Assembly (NCBI GenBank): GCA_963668025.2 | Contig: CAXXTH010000010.1 | Span: forward strand, 864,001-928,000 | Direction: 5' to 3' | DNA length: 64,000 bases | DNA from: Candidatus Hydrogenedentota bacterium | GTDB taxonomy: Bacteria > Hydrogenedentota > Hydrogenedentia > Hydrogenedentales > SLHB01 | Shown here: positions 59,987 through 64,000 of the stretch, in pieces | Layout of the letters: every line of letters begins with the position of its first letter | How positions within the stretch are numbered: the first letter of the stretch is position 1 | Made by a program: the position numbers and the translations under genes | The notes under the pieces: model-generated | What the model saw: the letters and a program-made list of their open reading frames with translations, nothing else | The model's database searches: none | Told to the model about the DNA's origin: nothing

Positions 59987-62900
59987 TCGAGTCTCGCATT
60001 TCGCCAAGCGGAGTAAGGTGGAGTTTTTTTATAAACCTGCTCTGAAACAAAGAAAATGATTGAAAACGCACCCATTTTCCAGCCGCCACAATATCTTTCT
60101 TTAGTCTGGCCTCCGTTAGGCGTACAAAACAATAATCCTTCTTAGAGACACTTCTGACGATCACAAGCTGTTCGTTATCGTCATCGTCCTTAATCAAAAG
60201 AACATCCCCTTGCGTCAAGCTCATAACGAAGCGTTTTCCCTCGCCGTGTTCGTGCTGGATGATCGGCTCGTGCTTGAGCAGCCGCCGCATGGCGGTGTAC
60301 CGGTCCACGATGATGTCATCCCATTTGGCGTTGCCCTTTTTATCGGTGATCTCGATAATCTCGGCGTGGTGGTTGGCGTTGAGGAGCACGTGGCGTTCGC
60401 GTGAGCCTTTGCCGATGGTTTTGGCCGAGGCCACGACGCGGATGCGGGCTTTCCGGATGGGGATTTTCCGCCCGTCGTGCGTGGTGAGATAGGGCAGATT
60501 TTGTTCATCCTTGAAGGCCTTGGCGGGATCGCCGCCGAGTTCCTCGAGTTTGCGCCGCACGGCCTGGCGCACGACGGGATCGACGATATCATCGATCCGG
60601 TTGGCCGAGAGGCTGGCCAGCGGTTTGCGGACATGGCAGCAGGGTTTGTCTTTGTCATCCATATAAGGCTTGCCGTAATTGGTCTCGTCGTGCATGGGGC
60701 CATTGACCTTGCGGGACACCCGGTGGGAGACCACGATGCCGTTGACGGCCTCGGTGAGTTCCGTTAGGAAGCCATCCCAGGGCTGGGGGACATTTTTCCA
60801 CCAGTTGCGGCGGCCTTCCGCGTATCCTTTGGAGTTGGCGGTGCTGAGGGCCTTGACGGTTTTCGCGTCCGTGAGGGCGATGGCCACGGCGTCGATGGCG
60901 TGGTGGCGGTGGTCATCGCGCGTTTTTGTTCCGCCATCACCCAAGATGCCGTTAAGGCCCCATGCCATGCGCAGATCGGAGGTCACTTGCCCGCGCCCCG
61001 CCTGGATGCGGCGTGTGTCGTTGGCGTCGATCTGGCCGCCATATAGCATGCCGAGGTATTGGGCGGCCAAGGTCGAGGCATAACGCGTGTCGTTGAGCTG
61101 CCGGTTCGAGAATGTATCGAACGCATCGAGTGAGGTGGTGAGGAAGCGCCCGAGTTTGGCGGCCACGGCGCGTCTATCGCCCTTAAAGCTCTTCACGCGG
61201 GCGACGATGGCGTCCATTTCATCGGGGGTATAGGCCTCTTGGGGCGTCTTGTTCTGCTTCCGGTTGCGGTTTTCCTCGTGGTAGCAGAGGGTCTTGTTGG
61301 TAAAGGAATTATCAAGACACCGGCTATACGGAATGATATGCTCGATGTCGAATTGGGAGTCCTTGCCCACCAAGGCTTTCATGGAGATGTGCTTGCCCGT
61401 GTACGGGCATGTCCAATCGCATTCCTCCGCCAACTGCACCCGGAGAATGTCCTCCCGGGAGGGTTGTGGAATCACGGCTTCCTTGATGATTTTTGCGCGC
61501 GCCTTTTCGCGGAGCTGTTCGTTTTGGCGGTTTTTCTTCCAGATCTCGGCGCGGTCGCTGCGTGATTTTTTAAGATCCCGCGCCAGCTCGATGCGAATGC
61601 AGCCGGGCAGGCCGTGCTTGTCGAGAATCGCGTTGACGACCTTGCGCGTCTCGGATAATACGCGGTGGACGGCGGGATTGCGCAACTCGATATTGACGTT
61701 GTCCCGGTCGTCGATATAGGGAAGCCGGCCGACAGGAATCGAGCGATCCCGGCCCGGATACGCATGCAGCCGGGCCGTGGCATACGGGACGCCTTGCTCC
61801 ATCTCAGGCAGCATGCGCTCGATGGCCTTGCGCGATAAGCTGCAATAGCCTTCCTCGATCGCGGTTTTCGATAATTTTTCCGCGTCCGCCTTGCTGAGTT
61901 TCCAGGCCCGTACACCACGGGAAGCGAGGGCCTTTTCATTCTGGATGCTATAGACATCGTGCAACACAGCTTCCTTCTGGTCTTCAGTCAAAGCATCCCA
62001 GCGGCCACCGAATACTCCCCGGAGCCGGGCGGTGGTGGTGTCTCCCTTGAGCTTTTTCTCGCCGCCCCGTTCGAGATTGAATGTAGAGCCTCTTTCGAGG
62101 CCGAGTTCTTTGCGTATTTTGGTGAATTCCGCATCACCTGTTTGAGCCAGCAAATCGATGAGCAGCGTCCGTTCTTCAGGCGAGAGGCCGCGCTCCTCGA
62201 AAAATGGCGCGGGTCCGACGATCTTCAGGTCATTCACCTTCTGGAGCAGGCGGAACCGCTGGGCGATGAAGGACGCCCAAGGCGCGCGGCGTGCGCCCTC
62301 CTCGAGTTCACAACGCCCCACAAGGCCCTTTTGTGATTTCAATGGGCGTTGGCGGAAGATGGACTTATAGAGCTGTTTTTTGAATGCCGCGGTCAATATC
62401 TTGGGATGATGCTTCGCTTGAGCGGTCCAGATGGCCTCGAATTCCTGTTCGTACATGGTCCGGGCGGTCCAGCGTTTGCGGATGCGGTGCTCGTGCGGGT
62501 CCAATCCTGCGAAGTATTCACCCAGTGTTCGCGCACCGCTCTGCTCGATCTCCTGCGCCAATTCGCTGATTCCCTGTTTGACTTGCCCTTCTTCCTCTCC
62601 GTCTTTTGTAGGCGCTTTGCGGTTGCTCAAGAATCCTCGGCGCTGAGACAGATGATAGAAAGCGCGGCCAAGCTCGAACGGTTCTAGCGGTTCATCCAAG
62701 GCGCGGGCGCGCAGAAAATACGGAAGCTGGTCTAAAGTCTGCAATATATCTTTCTTCTTCTTACGAACCGCCGCCGCATACTTCAAGTACACATCCGCAT
62801 CAAAGGATTTGATGATGGCGTCGCGGCTGGAGTCTTGCTTGAGGCCGCCTTTTGGCAGCAGGCCATGACGTTGAAGCAGGCATGCCGTTTTTCTTCTCCG

Positions 62901-63134
62901 CCGCGAGCGCCGTTCCGTTTGGCGGCGTACGAGGCGGGCGTCGCGCCTGGCCTTGGCGCGTGATTCATCCTTTCCGCTCTCGATGTCGCCCTCGACGCCT
63001 GCTTCGAAAATGCGGACACCCAGGTCTACAATGCGTTCTGGCCCATCGCGCCCTTCCTCGAGGAGCGCCCAGCCCACGCTATTCGTGCCCAAATCCAAAC
63101 CCAACACGCACTTTTTAGGAGCTTTTTGTCGCAT
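59979..63134 (-). CDS. cas9: Type II-C Cas9, 1051 aa
   Basis: RuvC-I LGLDLGTNSVGW, Arg-rich bridge helix, RuvC-II IRIELAR, HNH DIEHIIPYS..N..N, RuvC-III HHAIDA; no csn2 or cas4. Confidence 0.97.
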   Translation of the reverse strand: MRQKAPKKCVLGLDLGTNSVGWALLEEGRDGPERIVDLGVRIFEAGVEGDIESGKDESRAKARRDARLVRRQTERRSRRRRKTACLLQRHGLLPKGGLKQDSSRDAIIKSFDADVYLKYAAAVRKKKKDILQTLDQLPYFLRARALDEPLEPFELGRAFYHLSQRRGFLSNRKAPTKDGEEEGQVKQGISELAQEIEQSGARTLGEYFAGLDPHEHRIRKRWTARTMYEQEFEAIWTAQAKHHPKILTAAFKKQLYKSIFRQRPLKSQKGLVGRCELEEGARRAPWASFIAQRFRLLQKVNDLKIVGPAPFFEERGLSPEERTLLIDLLAQTGDAEFTKIRKELGLERGSTFNLERGGEKKLKGDTTTARLRGVFGGRWDALTEDQKEAVLHDVYSIQNEKALASRGVRAWKLSKADAEKLSKTAIEEGYCSLSRKAIERMLPEMEQGVPYATARLHAYPGRDRSIPVGRLPYIDDRDNVNIELRNPAVHRVLSETRKVVNAILDKHGLPGCIRIELARDLKKSRSDRAEIWKKNRQNEQLREKARAKIIKEAVIPQPSREDILRVQLAEECDWTCPYTGKHISMKALVGKDSQFDIEHIIPYSRCLDNSFTNKTLCYHEENRNRKQNKTPQEAYTPDEMDAIVARVKSFKGDRRAVAAKLGRFLTTSLDAFDTFSNRQLNDTRYASTLAAQYLGMLYGGQIDANDTRRIQAGRGQVTSDLRMAWGLNGILGDGGTKTRDDHRHHAIDAVAIALTDAKTVKALSTANSKGYAEGRRNWWKNVPQPWDGFLTELTEAVNGIVVSHRVSRKVNGPMHDETNYGKPYMDDKDKPCCHVRKPLASLSANRIDDIVDPVVRQAVRRKLEELGGDPAKAFKDEQNLPYLTTHDGRKIPIRKARIRVVASAKTIGKGSRERHVLLNANHHAEIIEITDKKGNAKWDDIIVDRYTAMRRLLKHEPIIQHEHGEGKRFVMSLTQGDVLLIKDDDDNEQLVIVRSVSKKDYCFVRLTEARLKKDIVAAGKWVRFQSFSLFQSRFIKKLHLTPLGEMRDSND

Positions 63135-63165
63135 GACGTTTATCCCCCACGGTTTGGCGACGCAC

Positions 63166-63193
63166 TTGACATTAAGAGAAATAGGTGTATACT
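63166..63193 (+). promoter_or_regulatory. Sigma70 promoter for tracrRNA
   Basis: TTGACA-16-TATACT immediately upstream of the anti-repeat. Confidence 0.65.
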
Positions 63194-63200
63194 AATAATC

Positions 63201-63308
63201 ACTATACCTGAGCGGAGATTGTCCTACAAATCACAGTAAGGACTTTCAGTCCGTGGGCCCTGCACTACGGTGCAACCTGCACGCCCCCCAGTGGGGCGTC
63301 TTTTTTTT
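63201..63308 (+). ncRNA. tracrRNA
   Basis: Anti-repeat TATACCTGAGCGGAGATTgtCCTaCAAAtCACAGt; hairpins GGACT-TTC-AGTCC and TGCAC-TACG-GTGCA; GC hairpin plus T8 terminator. Confidence 0.9.
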
Positions 63309-63427
63309 GCTGTGTTATATTTAATTAATGAACCGGCGAGCTGCGGCTTGCGAATGCGCACCGAATACGTTTTAATGCATTGTCTGTTTTTTGTTTTTCG
63401 GGAGCTCAAGTGATAGGGGGAGGCGGC

Positions 63428-64000
63428 ATGCGGAAAAAGAGTGTGATTGCGGAAGGCTGGTGGGATTACACGACGCTGGATGAGGCGTTGCTGGCGGATG
63501 TGGCGCGTCTTTCGGCGCGGGATCTGCTGGAATTGTCGCGCGATGGGTTCCGGGTGGTGTTTTACGACACGCTCGAGGATTTCTATCTCGCGGAAGCGCT
63601 GGAATATATCGAGGCGTGGTCGCAATCGACGCCGGATAATCCGGTGGGGATCTGCGGGCCAATCGGGCCGACGGAGCAATTGCCGCTGGTGGCGCGGCTG
63701 GTGAATGCGCTCGGTCTGAATCTGGCGAAGAAAGGCGCCCATTTCTGGGGGATGGATGAATGGGTCCAGCATGGCGTGCCGGTGCCGCCGGAGCACCCGC
63801 TGTCGTTCAAGAAGGCGGATATGCAGTTATGTTTCAGCCGGATTAATCCGGAATTGGCCATGCCGGACGCAAACATGCATTTCCCGTCGGGCGATTTGGC
63901 GGCGTATAGCGCCACGTATGATACCGTGCGGTGCGCCATCATGCAGGGCGGCCAGGGCGATGTGAAGCATTGGGCTTTTAATGACCCGATAAAGCGTGAG
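63428..64000 (+). CDS. Glucosamine-6-phosphate deaminase/isomerase family protein, 3'-truncated by the window
   Basis: Read by hand, absent from the ORF track: [16 protein letters not shown]...[10 protein letters not shown]...FWGMDEW...HPLSF...[14 protein letters not shown]; RBS GGAGG. Confidence 0.8.
   Translation, partial: MRKKSVIAEGWWDYTTLDEALLADVARLSARDLLELSRDGFRVVFYDTLEDFYLAEALEYIEAWSQSTPDNPVGICGPIGPTEQLPLVARLVNALGLNLAKKGAHFWGMDEWVQHGVPVPPEHPLSFKKADMQLCFSRINPELAMPDANMHFPSGDLAAYSATYDTVRCAIMQGGQGDVKHWAFNDPIKRE

Overview
Bacterial chromosomal window with GC-rich coding regions. The gene mix (H-X9-DG/DUF1559 protein, CTERM-anchored protein, alginate-export porin, [FeFe]-hydrogenase) suggests an anaerobe, possibly Ca. 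Hydrogenedentota; this is inference only. Left to right: a carbohydrate-use region (frameshifted ADP-ribosylglycohydrolase, GH95/65-like hydrolase, GH32, two ABC exporter halves, disrupted AraC, two uncharacterised paralogous enzymes), a PHP-GT4 fusion, a rex-hydC-hydB-hydA-hydS-phosphatase operon, and an ISKra4-like IS with 27-bp TIRs and 9-bp TSD. Then an outer-membrane porin, sigma70 factor, apt, tRNA-Ser(CGA), housekeeping genes, a 137-bp tandem array, a REP-flanked RAYT, dapL, a second IS (14-bp TIRs, 7-bp TSD), pstSCAB with a Pho-box-like promoter, a Thr-type sulfatase-like enzyme and cstA. It ends with a complete compact type II-C CRISPR-Cas locus (24 repeats/23 spacers, cas2, cas1, 1051-aa cas9, tracrRNA). 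Intergenic DNA is rich in several families of palindromic REP/MITE-like repeats. Several single-base frameshifts may be sequencing errors. All family assignments come from reading motifs by eye, not from database searches.
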